The notes below the pieces were generated by a model. The model searched no databases. It was not told the DNA's origin and saw nothing but the letters and a program-made list of their open reading frames with translations. Both the position numbers and the translations under genes were made by a program. A stretch of DNA of 61,748 nt, the filler included, from Globobulimina sp. (taxonomy: Eukaryota), in NCBI GenBank assembly GCA_003354225.1. It is 16 parts of 16 records of this genome, joined end to end, with 100 filler letters (N's around TTAATTAATTAA, not from the genome) between each part and the next. Parts side by side here need not be neighbours in the genome. Positions count along the whole stretch, not along the records: positions 11,606 to 15,372 come from PIVH01002130.1; positions 15,473 to 19,239 come from PIVH01002131.1; positions 19,340 to 23,106 come from PIVH01002132.1; positions 23,207 to 26,973 come from PIVH01002133.1; 12 more parts are not named here. One strand, given 5' to 3'. Shown here in pieces: positions 11,606 through 23,913 of the stretch; the stretch's first letter is position 1; the number at the start of each line of letters is the position of its first letter.

Positions 11606-13828
11606 TATAATGCTGAGCCTTGTGGCACACCAATTGGTTGTGCGACCCAGTTCGACTCTGCTTTCTTTGCTATTACTTTCGTGAATCGAGTCTGTATAAA
11701 CGATGCTAAAACGTTTAATATATTTCCAGTTATTTTATTTTTTATTAGTTTATAAAGCAGTCCATTGTGCCATACGCTGTCATATGCTTTCGAGAAGTCA
11801 GTGAATACCACATCCGTATCACTGACCATATCAAGGGATGTTTGTACATCTGAAATAAAAGATGTTAACACGTCATCGCAGCATCTATTTATCTGAAATC
11901 CGCATTGGTAATTGTCGAATATTCTATTTTCAACACAAAAATGCTGAAGTCTATTTGCTAAGACCTTTTCAAAAACTCTCCCTAAGCACGACGAGATAGC
12001 AATGGGACGGTAGTTTTTGGGGTTGCTGTGGTCTTTGTGTGGTTTGGGGATTGGCAGTATATGGGCGAAATTCCAATATCCCGGGAATACGCCCTTCTTC
12101 ATGCATTTATTAAATAGCGGCACTAGACATTGGATGAGAGCTTCCCCGCCATATTTAATCATTTGATTATGAATTCTGTCGGGACCATACGCTTTGTGGG
12201 TATCGAGCCGTTTAATGACATTTCTTATTTCATAATTTAATATTGGATCGTTTAATAACTGATAATTATTTGGGTCAATTTGTATATGCGTATTTATTTG
12301 GGATGGATACTCTGAATTAGTATTTGAATTTTGTTTATTTTTATCATCTGTTATTTTATGGGAGTCAGTATTAATTAAATTTGGATTTATTCGATTATTA
12401 CGAAGCAAAGTGGGGACAATGGAATCAATGTGATCATGCCATGCATTATGCGTAGGGTTAGATGGAGGTTTAGGAGGTCTTGTCATTGCTTCATGGAGGG
12501 CTTTTGCCTGCAATTTCGGATCAATTATATTGAAATCATTTTTATAGTTTAATGGTGGAATATTGTTGGTGTCAATGTGGTTAGTTTTATTGCTGGATAT
12601 GGTCCGCCAGAATCTGCGGCCATAGTCCTTGCACGATTGAATATAGCTATTTATTTTATCATTATATTTGGATTTCGCAATGGAGATCGCTTTGTATTTT
12701 CGAGATTGACACCGGTTCAATTTGGTCTTCTCTTTTTTGTATCTATGGAAGTTGTGGAAGTCAGTTTTCCTCCTTTTGGCGTTTCGTTTTATTCTTTGTA
12801 TGCGCCTTCGTAATCTTTTACATTTTCTTTTTAGTTTTTTAATCGTTTTATTCCACCACGGTTTGTGCCCTCTATAGTAGCATTTGTATCCTATTGTTTG
12901 CTCCGCAGTGAACAAAATCAAATATGTTAATTGCTCAGTTTGTATATTTGGGTCCTTATCAAACGTTGTTTCATTTATTGTGTTTTCAAGCGTTTCTGTG
13001 TAGTTCCTCCACTTGTTACTGTTTGAGAGGTTCCACGTTTTTTTCCCTTCATCAAATCCAAAAACATGCGAAACCTCAAAGGTAGTTAATATTGGAATAT
13101 GGTCGGAACAATTTCTATCATATAAAGCATGGAGTATATTCCATTTTTTATATTGCAAATTATCAGAAATTAATGTTAAGTCTATACAGGATTTGGTGTC
13201 ATACGATTTATGGACATGCGTATGAAGGATTATTTTTATTTAGTATTTGCATATTAATAAAGTGTAATCCATCTATAAAGTTGTTGGATTCCGCTGTTGA
13301 TCTGTTACTGCCCCAGATCTCATTTGGAATATTGAAATCGCCCGCAATTATATTACGATCAACAGTGAGTGGGTAGTCAAATAATTGGTCAATGTTCGGG
13401 TTCCTTGGGCAGTTATAAAGGGAATGGACACCAATATTCAAATCGCCGCTATGTAGGATGATACTGGTAATATGGCAATTTTTTGTCCTATCATCTCTGT
13501 TGTAATTTGGTGGCGAATTTATCGGCGTTACATTCAATGTTTTCCTATATAGGATTGCCGTTTCTGTGCCAGAATGATGAACTTTATATTGGGGAAAGAA
13601 CTGGATTGGAAATTGCAGGGCGTGTATCACGTCGTTTTTGTCAATGTATTGCTTTTGTTTCGGCGTTATTGCATATCTCAACGTCGCACTCCACTCCTGA
13701 AGTAGTAGGAAGTCCACTCGTTTTGAAAGTAGTATTTGATTAATTCTGCGGCATTTTGACTCCTGTGACATATTCGAGGGACTAATAACACCGCTAATAT
13801 TATATTGTAAAATATTATATCTAACCAT
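11606..13828 (-). pseudogene. LINE ORF2 (endonuclease plus reverse transcriptase) with a 1-nt frameshift near 13210
   Basis: The NNPSYACP* frame must shift by one base to reach KSYDTKSCIDLTLIS...SDHIPI within the APE domain. Confidence 0.8.
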
Positions 13829-15372
13829 TATTTATCGGATTTTGATTATTGTGCATTTGTAATTGGCTTATTTTAGAGTTATCTGACTTAGAGATCGTCA
13901 GATTATGTATATCTGAATTTGTGAAATCAATTTGGAAATTTACTATTCGAGAACTATTTTTATTGCAGTTATTAAAAAAGGAGATCGAATAAAAAGTAGA
14001 GTATTCTATATTGTACAAAAACAGTTTATAATGAATAAAATATTCAATATAAGAAACTGTAAATATAGAATGTTCTCCGTCTTTATAGCATTCAATCATA
14101 AAATCAATCAACATATACATAGATTTACAAAAAACAAAAATTAAAGGATTCGGGACCATTAATATATAATAACGACGAAAATATATTTGCCCAATGGCCA
14201 AGGCTTTCATTCCCAGCTTTTTATTAACTTTCCTTCTCATCATTGTCTGCTTGGTCTGCTTGGCTTTCTTGGATCTTTTTTATTGCATTTAATCTTTTCT
14301 TTTTACTGTTGGCCGCCGCTCTTTTATTTGTAAACGGCAATTTATTGCCCTTATTCGTTCTTTTTTGATTGTTCAATATCCGTTTATGTACAAACTTTTT
14401 ATGGAATTTTTCTGCGTCGGCACCCCTTTTCCGTGAATAGCGAGGAATATTGGGATTAATCTGAAGCGATTGCGGTGGCTGCGGTTTCTTCAATTTCTTT
14501 CTTTTATTCTGGTTTCCACCGTCACCAAAAGTGCAATTGTCTACGTCGAAGGAGGTATTGTTGGGATTATTGTTGGTTTGTTGTTGGGAGAGATGCTGTA
14601 TTTCGTTGTTGTTATTTCCATTTACGTGTAACTCGAAATTGGTTGGATTTGATGTGAATTTATACGGTTTGATGGGGGGAATACGCGCCAAATTATTATT
14701 CGTCTGTCTTTCCCGCGGAGTCTCATTGCTAATGTGTAATATCTCATTCTTTTGCTCGTTTGGTTCCGTTGATATAATATCATTTTCTTCAAAGTCCGCA
14801 TCTCCCAAACCATGGTCATTCAACGAATCATCAGTTCTAAATAATGCTTCCTCCGCTTCATTCGCTGCAACATTCTGTGAATTCAATAATGTTAAATCAT
14901 CCACACCAATATCTGCCATATCTTTATATGATTTTTTCTTTGATTTATTTACTTGATTTGTTGATAAAATTTCAATTTTCTGATTGGCTGCATCCGAACT
15001 TATCGATTTATATAATTCTTTTATTAATAAATTTTCATTAACTGAGCAATTAACTAATTTATAATGATCGACATTTTCTAATTCAATATCTTTCCAATTA
15101 TTGATAATATTATGCAAATTCTTAAATAACGCCCTCAATTTCTTCGAATCATCACAAATATCCGGATCTAAAGACCGTATATGGTCATACAAATAACAGC
15201 AAACGCACTGGCATCTGGGGCATCGGCAACCATTTATAAAATGACCCCAAATACCATAATTTAGGCACTTTACCAATATGATCGCTTTCTTCTCACTCTC
15301 CATTCTCTCCCGCGTGATTTTACCACTCTCAAAGCGTTGTTTGATGGAATTTAATCTCTTCGCCAAATATCT
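11606..15372 (-). mobile_element. APE-type non-LTR retrotransposon (LINE, Jockey/I-group-like), both ends beyond the contig
   Basis: ORF1-like 14224..15372 with a degenerate CCHC knuckle. ORF2 from 13828 has APE motifs (QYNISG, LLQE, AGDFN, IDLT, SDH.PI) and RT motifs (YRPIAISSCLGRVFEK, DFSKAYDSVWH, GVPQGS). Confidence 0.93.
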
Positions 15373-15472
15373 NNNNNNNNNNNNNNNNNNNNNNNNNNNN
15401 NNNNNNNNNNNNNNNNTTAATTAATTAANNNNNNNNNNNNNNNNNNNNNNNNNNNNNNNNNNNNNNNNNNNN

Positions 15473-16540
15473 ATGCCGAATAAAAACCGTTTTTAAAATT
15501 TCTTACATCATCACCTGCTGCAATTTTGCCACTCCTCTTCAATCCATCAACATCAATCATAATGTCATTCTCCTTATTTCTTTCATACGATTCAGCATTT
15601 GCTCCCAAATCAACCCACGGCGACACCACTGCCACTCCGCTCGGATACAGATTTTGTAAATTATTCGCACCCAATTTCTGGATTGACAACAAACTTAACC
15701 CTCCGCCTTTGATTTGTTTTTGTTTTTGTTTCTGTCAATGCACTGATCATTACAAATGTGAATATGTGGCAAACCTGCACTGTCCCCAGAGATTATTATG
15801 TGCTGTGATGGAATTTTAAGGATCAATGTCAAATAAAAATAAACAGTCAGCACTTGATCGACTTGGTATGGTATTCTTACTTTTGGGGGAACGTCATAGC
15901 ACAGATAGGCAACGCGTGTTTGTGTAGCAATGGATAATTCCGATGCAAATCCGAGATGTGAAGCACCACCAAATATATGAGCACCGCCATGAATAAAAAG
16001 TATTGTTTTCGAGTTGGATGAATTTTCAACATTTTCGTCACCAATTAACCAGATAATGCGTGTATTTTGTGGATAGAATCTGGAATAATCCGTATTGGCA
16101 GACGAAGATCTAATTTTTATGCTGAGTTGTTTTTCAATAGTAACTGGATCTATATTTATATATTGAGATGATATTTTCGTGCTTTTTGGAATTGGTACAA
16201 CACATTGTAACATATTATTACTTTTGTTCCATTGGTTGAGAAATGTTGCTTGATCTGAATTAATTGATGGCGGCGGCTGTATGTAATTAATAAAGGAAAA
16301 TGCTTGTTTAAATGCACGATATTCTGTGGATATGTGTTGATTTGATGTATCCGAATACACCGCGTCAATAATTTTGTTTGAAAATTGAAAAATTGCCAGA
16401 GTTATGCTAGAAAATGATTGTATTATAATGCATTCTGTTTGGCTCATTTCATAAACTCTGCAATTTTTGATATTGGAATAAATCAAAATTGCAATCGCTG
16501 CAACCACAATGGTTGATATTTGCAACAAAGAGACTCTCAT
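15473..16540 (-). CDS. Alpha/beta hydrolase, HSL/esterase family, 3' end cut
   Basis: N-terminal signal/anchor, ILFIHGGAH, GDSAG|GGL split by an intron, SPWVDL. Confidence 0.88.
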
Positions 16541-16695
16541 TATATTTGTAAGAAATGGAACGAATTAAATTGAGATAGAATATAAAATTAAATTAAATTA
16601 ATTAATACAATGTGTGGCCACAGAATTGAGGAACACAAAGTTTTTTGATTTGTAAAAAGCACATCTTTTGATATTAAAATTTATATTGCTATAAT

Positions 16696-17910
16696 TCACA
16701 CAAATATCCATGATAAAACAACAAATATATTTTGCCAATGCCATTTATGCACAGTCCAATCCCATTCATAATCCAAGCATCCGACAACATCGGTGGCACC
16801 ATACAAACTCACTGATGTCGATAAAACTGAGCTGTATAAACAAAAATGTATCGACGAGAAAATAATCAATATTATCAAATGTAATGTTATTTGTTGCAGC
16901 CCTTTAAAGAAACATCCACAAATCTTTATTTTGTGAAAATAACATTGATGACAGTATTCAAAGAAAGCGTGCAAAATATAAAATGGTACGCCCAGCGCTG
17001 TTATAAAACAAAATATTGCCAACATTAATAATATTGCGCCAGGCAACAATGGTATCCATATTATGCCGATTATCAATGATATTATCAGTTGAAAAATGTT
17101 CACTTTCTCTATTATTTTATATTTACTATACTTCGCATCTGTAAGTTGCATAATATTGCTCCATTCCATTTTGTGTGGATGATATGAGCCAAAATCCATT
17201 GTATAAAAGAATAAGAATTTATAACATCGCAAAAATGGCTGGATTAATGCTGTACAAATACACCATCCATTATAATAATTCCATCCATTCGAATTCTCAA
17301 AGTTGGAAACTCTTTTCCACGCAGAAAATTCAATGATTATTATAATAAATGTGACAAATTCGCAGAAAATCACCAGCATTGAATAAATAGTCGAATATAA
17401 AACTAATTTATTGATATATGTCGACAAATATCGGCGAAGATAATCTTTGTCTCTCCACGGCCATAGTTCCATCTCTTTATTTTTATTTTTGTTTAATGTC
17501 TCCATTTCTTTGCAACTGAATGTTGATGAATCCGTACGTCCCATATCATATGCTTTTATTTCTAAATATGAATATATTAAATTAACAATATCTTTATGAG
17601 GGATAAATAATAATAATTCATTCAATATTTTTAAGTTTTCTTTCTTGTGAGATTCCATTATGCTTATTTTTATTGCAATTGGTAGTCCGTTTAAATTATC
17701 ATAGTAGTGTAAAATATACCATTTCTCTGATTTCATTCGAAAGAAAAACAGTTGATTTATGAGCATTGCGACTGCGATGGATGCCATATTAATTAGAAAA
17801 TCTACATACAGCGGAAGACAAAAGATCTCTGATAATGGGAATATGTCCTCCAGTGTCTGTCTACGTTGTGCCGGTGGTCTGCCTGTGCTTGAAGACATCA
17901 CTACTGACAA
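16696..17910 (-). CDS. Hypothetical multi-pass membrane protein
   Basis: ~400-aa ORF with about 6 hydrophobic segments. Confidence 0.6.
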   Translation of the reverse strand: MSVVMSSSTGRPPAQRRQTLEDIFPLSEIFCLPLYVDFLINMASIAVAMLINQLFFFRMKSEKWYILHYYDNLNGLPIAIKISIMESHKKENLKILNELLLFIPHKDIVNLIYSYLEIKAYDMGRTDSSTFSCKEMETLNKNKNKEMELWPWRDKDYLRRYLSTYINKLVLYSTIYSMLVIFCEFVTFIIIIIEFSAWKRVSNFENSNGWNYYNGWCICTALIQPFLRCYKFLFFYTMDFGSYHPHKMEWSNIMQLTDAKYSKYKIIEKVNIFQLIISLIIGIIWIPLLPGAILLMLAIFCFITALGVPFYILHAFFEYCHQCYFHKIKICGCFFKGLQQITLHLIILIIFSSIHFCLYSSVLSTSVSLYGATDVVGCLDYEWDWTVHKWHWQNIFVVLSWIFV

Positions 17911-17970
17911 AAGAAAAAAACTTTAAACTAAAATGTTAACCTTACAGTGGAAGTTCAAGCAATCGATGAC

Positions 17971-19212
17971 TTATATTATCTCATTTGTCAATGAAGAGAC
18001 ATGACCACTTTCTTGTTTGCCTTTAACCAGCTTCAACGGACTTGGTTCAGCCCCACCTTTCTTTACATACACAAATAAAACAAGACATAAAAGAGCGCCG
18101 ATTATGTTACCTACCGCCCAGATATTCATATAATTTTGATTCAACTGAATGTGTTTACTGTTAATACCCAATTTTGCCATAACTGGAAAGTAAAGAAATA
18201 AACATGACCATAAAACATGTAATCTTGACTGAATCCACAAATCTGATCTCCAGTGGTGAAATGCGCGAATAATACATGGGATTAAGTGCACCGGGCCCAG
18301 TGCGAGATTGCCGCCGCCAAAATTACGAACTGTAAATGCGTAGTTCCACGACGAATATACAATTATCCACAAATAGCTGGCAAACATAGATAATGTAGAA
18401 CGTGTCGGGAAATACAAGGACAAATCCTCATATTTGACTGAATTAAATTGAATATCATTTGTTGTCGCTTGCAAAATGATTTCTTCCTTAATACTGTTTC
18501 GTGCTCCACTGATATCATAAGACGCATCTACTGATTTTCTACTTTCTTCAGCTGGTTTTGTTTCATTTAATGGTTCCTTTAATTCACTAAACAAATACCA
18601 ATTATTTGTAGGTGATGGGATCATTAAAATCGTCAGAATTCCAGCAATTGCGTTGACTAAACATGCAAATCTGCCATACATATCTTTGCCCAAAGGATTG
18701 CATTGCCGTTCATCTTTATCTCTTGTATCATAACCAGTAAACATTAAGAATTCAGATATTACCGCTTCGGTGATATTTAATACTAAAAATACGTAGACAG
18801 TGATGGCGATAATGTGTGGTTTCCCCATTTTGTATTGCAACCATTTACCATTACAGCACAAGAATGTCTTGAAAGCATCGAATTGATGTTGTAAGCCATG
18901 GATGCATCGAAAGACTGATAATGCTGTGGCTGGTAAGCATAATAAGTATGCTTTGATTATGAGAAACGTTGTCAATGTTTCTTTTACACCAAAATGGCTC
19001 TTGACTGCATCACTGATAAATACTGTAATTCCAATAATTGAGATTGACCCTAAAATAACACCAATGATCGGGCGTCTTCGCATTACGAACTCATCGAATA
19101 ACACTTCGGCTAAAATCCCAATCGGTATTGCCATTGCAAGTAGCCACCATTCCGTAGGTTGTGGTGCACCTACATGCCAAGGACATATTATTGGTTCCGG
19201 TTGAGCTGGCAT
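17971..19212 (-). CDS. DUF5692-like integral membrane protein, intronless
   Basis: Motifs LNITEAV, NAIAGILTIL, WIIVYSSWNYAF and WIQSRLHVLW parallel the recalled DUF5692 pattern (NI.EAV..D, NG.AG.LN, WIIAYDLWN.AY, WLQHR..TL). Confidence 0.65.
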   Translation of the reverse strand: MPAQPEPIICPWHVGAPQPTEWWLLAMAIPIGILAEVLFDEFVMRRRPIIGVILGSISIIGITVFISDAVKSHFGVKETLTTFLIIKAYLLCLPATALSVFRCIHGLQHQFDAFKTFLCCNGKWLQYKMGKPHIIAITVYVFLVLNITEAVISEFLMFTGYDTRDKDERQCNPLGKDMYGRFACLVNAIAGILTILMIPSPTNNWYLFSELKEPLNETKPAEESRKSVDASYDISGARNSIKEEIILQATTNDIQFNSVKYEDLSLYFPTRSTLSMFASYLWIIVYSSWNYAFTVRNFGGGNLALGPVHLIPCIIRAFHHWRSDLWIQSRLHVLWSCLFLYFPVMAKLGINSKHIQLNQNYMNIWAVGNIIGALLCLVLFVYVKKGGAEPSPLKLVKGKQESGHVSSLTNEII

Positions 19213-19339
19213 CTCTAAATTTGCTTTTTAATTAATTTGNNNNNNNNNNNNNNNNNNNNNNNNNNNNNNNNNNNNNNNNNNNNTTAATTAATTAANNNNN
19301 NNNNNNNNNNNNNNNNNNNNNNNNNNNNNNNNNNNNNNN

Positions 19340-22300
19340 AGTTCCCGGCTGTGCCCAAGAATAATTTGAAAATATTTGACATTTCAAACAATAATTTTGG
19401 TGGAGAGTTGCAGTTTTTTGATCAAGTTCGCGATGATACATTTTATCCAAACTTCTCCTGGGTTTGCAATTTAACGGTGTTTTACATAAATGACAATAAG
19501 TTCACTGGCCGCATACCGGTCAACTTAAATGGCTGTGATCAGCTATCCACGGTATCAATGCACGAAAATAGGTTCAATGGCAGGTTGCCGGAATTCCCGT
19601 TTAATACAAACATCACCAATATAACCTCATTAACTTTGCATAACAACAAAATCGAAGACAGTCATTTAGAACAGTGGCTGCATGCGCTATTTATCAACAA
19701 TCCGTACCTCGGATTTTTATCTATTTATGGCAACAAAATCTCGGGCAAATTATCCGAGACATCCGCGCCGAGGCTACACACCTTCCTTGCTCACGATTGT
19801 CGCATTTCAGGTATATATCATTTTCGATTTAATTTGTTTTCCAAGGCATGTCTCAGAAACAACATTGTATACAGGAACTGTGCCAGACCAATTTATAAAC
19901 AATTCATTTTTAGTCAATATAACATTATTCGATAACCGTTTAAGTTGCACATTGCCGGAGCATATAATCATTGATGATAACATTCATTATTCTAATACCA
20001 CTGTCATGTTTTTGTTAGGGAATCAGTTCTCCACCAAAGGTAACAATTTGCCGACATATATCAACCCTGATTTCGCCAAAGCAATTAATCTATACATAGA
20101 CGCATATGAAAATATATTAGAAAATATCACATTGTACTTCGCATTGTGTGGCTGTATCCCATTTATTGTGCTATATCGCTGTAGAAAATTGTATTTAAAA
20201 CACTGTACAGCTGATTATGACGAACACACGGGATTCGATTGGCTGTTTGCTGCCCCTTTGCAACGGCCGGCGGAACCGTTTAGTTTCAGATCGTGGAACT
20301 CGAAGAAAAAAGCTTTTGCTAAAACATGTACAGACGGCGGCTCCGCGTACACTGAATTTAAGAGTCACCAACCTGGCGATGTCACATCCGGGGCCTCCGG
20401 GGAAGATTATCAATTTTTTAAAGAAATTCAATTCTCATTGAATGCTATCAGCCATTGGCTCGTCATAGTGTTCATATTGGTGCTAACTGCGATTTATGGA
20501 CTCAATTCGACATATTATCAATGCGCAAACGTGTATTTACATTTTAGTTTGGCGTACATGGAAGGAAGCAGGTTCCCGCAAATGTTGCTTGCAGTTTTGT
20601 TTGTGAGTGGAAACGCATTCATTTTAATGTTTATATTCTTAGCATATAGACGTGAAAAAAAAGACGCGTTACAAAAGAGCTATGGTAAAAGCAGCAGCAA
20701 GCAACGCAGTCATAGGCCCATTGGCCATGTACAGAGCAAAAAAAAGCGTAAACGAGCACACCGACATCATAAGAAAAGCAAAAAACAATTACCAACGGCG
20801 GGTCCAACGCCAATGTGTACGCCGGTAACGCCAAACATTGCAATAACTCCAAATTCAACAATGACCACTCCAAACATTGCAATAACACCGCAGCGCGGGA
20901 TCACCGTGTTGAAATCGCCCAATTTGCAAACATTTCTAAGCCCACAAAGACAGCGGGCCAAAGGCACAAATTTTATTAGCGAACTATATAAATCGCCATC
21001 CGTTAATGCTGCAGCTGAGCCACCGCCACATGCAGTAAATGTCAACGTCAATCCAGCTGCAAAATATTCCATTGAAACCGTAGAAACTTCGTCCAGTGGT
21101 TATTCTGCACCGTATCCGGCGGGCGTTGACACAACGACTTCGGTGTCGTCATCAGGTTATTCCGCAAGGAAAGATATGATATTGGAGGAGGATTATAACC
21201 CAAAATCAGCGTTTTTTCGTGATACACCAGGCACGAATACATTTTCTGGAATCCAGACGCCGTCGTATATTGTGGACGACCAGAGGAACGTTAACAAGAA
21301 TGAGCCACTGCGTCAATTGGATCATAGTGATAAAGTGTCAATTTTTCGAACGAGTGCACTGGATTTGCGAATGCAGGCGATTTTATTCGATAAGACATCG
21401 GAAAGCACCAAACATGCGCTGCGCATTGAAAAATGTAACTGTTTTTCCGCAGTGATTTATGTTTTTCTATGGTTGTTTACATTGACTACAACGATAACCT
21501 TTTTTGTCACTATCTCGTTGCCGTACGATAATACCTTACAAATGGCGGAATGGACCATTGTGGTCATTCAGTATTCACTGGGCTTTGTGTTGTCAATTTG
21601 TAATATATTCATCGTGCCGAAAATCTCCGATTATATCATTTTTGCGCATATATTGATCAAGTCATTGTGCTGTGGGCCTTGTGGCAAAGATAAGGATAAG
21701 CACAGCAACAGTAAATATTGCAAAAGCTGTAACTGTATATGTATTCCATGCAAATTGTTCTTTAGTACTAATAAATGGAAAAGATTTAACAAATTTGACA
21801 ACCTCCGCACGCCCACCGGCTATAAACAGAAACATATCTTTGATTATAATGATATGGTCGACGATCAACGACAGCAATATTACAAGAAATTAGTCCGAGA
21901 TTTTGAGAAGAAATCTATCGACACACAGTGGCGTATTAAAAAAAAGCCACGCAGTGCTTCTGCCTTTATAACCACATTGCAATCTAAATTCAAAAAGAAC
22001 TCTGACGTTAATATTGCTGGTACCAATGTCGCCGCAGCTGACTATTCATTTAATTATTTCCAAGGCTTCGATCAAACCGTCACTGAAAAGGCCAGAGCTC
22101 AGACACCACCGCCCATTGCCAGCAAGTATTTGGCACCGACTAATAACACAGCGCTTAGTTTGCAACCCACTGATTTGATCATGTCCGCATCCACGCAACG
22201 AAAGGAATCTTCTGGTATTCATTTTGAGCCATATTCTCGCGGCGTGGAAGGCAGAATAATCAAAGAAGACGTGACCGGGTCCGGAGGTTCCAGCGCGGTG

Positions 22301-23106
22301 TACTCCTCTGCTCCGTTACAGAAATCATTGCAAATGAGCAGGAAAAGGAAAATAAAGACTGTGAAGCTCAAGCGTAAGAATAAAGTGTCGTATCATCGAC
22401 GCTCGCACCATTACCAAAAGAAAAAGTATCTGACTTCTTCTTCGTTGTACCAATACAGGTCGATTATAACTGCATTATTGAGGTCGGTGAATTTGATATG
22501 GATCCCCTTTGTGGTGGCGATATTCTTTGAGAACGATTGTGGTGGCGGTTGGAGTCTATTTTGGGATCCATGTCAGTCATTTTATGGTAATAAAGATGTT
22601 TCTGGCTCAGAGTTGACAGTGTTTTTGGATTTGAGTGGCACGCAAACAGTGATTATACGGGAACCGACAATATTCAATTTGACAGATGAAGCTCTGGTGG
22701 AGATCCCATATGGCTCTGTAACAGCAATGTTGACACCGGATTCGATATGCTTTAAAAAGCAAAACTTAGCCGTTAGTGCGCTGACGGAAAGCACAGATTG
22801 TATACGGGCTGTGTTGTCCGCGTGGGCCGACATATTAATTATAAAAATGTGTGTCAATATTGGTGTGTTGCTCGTGTCTGCGTTGACTATCAATTTTGAA
22901 TGGAGCAGAAATAATTTATGGTTGAGAATGAAACCGCACGTCCGGATGGATAAGGAATATGCGTCGATATTATCACATTTAGAGATTGCCATTGTGATAG
23001 GATATATAGCAACGATTATTATACCTATTATTGCTCTGGTCATTATTGTTACTATTTATTTTTATAAAATGCCATTAAAAACGGGGAGGGATTTAAGGAA
23101 ATCTCA
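19340..23106 (+). CDS. LRR-ectodomain multi-pass membrane protein, both ends cut; intron ~19811..19875
   Basis: Plant-type LRRs (FDISNNNFGGEL, INDNKFTGRIP, MHENRFNGRLP, DNRLSCTLP) followed by ~7-8 TM segments with long S/T/P/K-rich loops. Confidence 0.8.
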
Positions 23107-23913
23107 NNNNNNNNNNNNNNNNNNNNNNNNNNNNNNNNNNNNNNNNNNNNTTAATTAATTAANNNNNNNNNNNNNNNNNNNNNNNNNNNNNNNNNNNNNN
23201 NNNNNNTGTAGGTAAAAACAATAATAGGTACACTCAGAAACGGTCACTGTTATATGTGTTAGCATTTGCTTCATTGCTACCAATTGTATTTAGTTCACGT
23301 ATGTATACTATATAATATATATACACTCAAACACACGATCGATACAAAAAATGGATGGATTGTCAATTAAAATGCACTAATGATCAATGCACGTAATTTG
23401 AATTAAATATAAATTCCGCCCACAATTTAATATCACAAATCACACCAAACGCACTCCAACAAATTCAACAACATACAACACTCACAAACACACACTCAGC
23501 CATCACAATGTTACAAATTATATATAATTACAATGTCGCCGAGAAGCCATAACCGACAAAACAAAGACCACACATTGATGCAAATGGTAATAAAAAGCCA
23601 TCAATTTTACACGACCCAAAACCACCATGGATAAACAAGTAAAAAACGACATTGTTTGGTAAAATAAGCAACCATTTATACCTCCACGTTTGACTTAATA
23701 TCGCTAATAAAATTAAAATGACAGAATAAATGTGCATATTATTTGACAATCATCATTTATTTCTATCAGATCTCTGCAAAATTTGCACCGCATTCTTTAA
23801 ATGAATAGTTTTCCAAAATTTATCACAAAACATACATACTAAAAATATTTTAAACAGGAAGCGAAAAGATTGCCATTATTGTTTGCGTTTTGATTGGTTT
23901 ATCATATTCAGCC

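Noticed and set aside
13821-14243. 140-aa ORF between LINE ORF1 and ORF2 as a third element gene
   Set aside because: It is a low-complexity AT-rich translation overlapping both neighbours and has no motif; treated as spacer.
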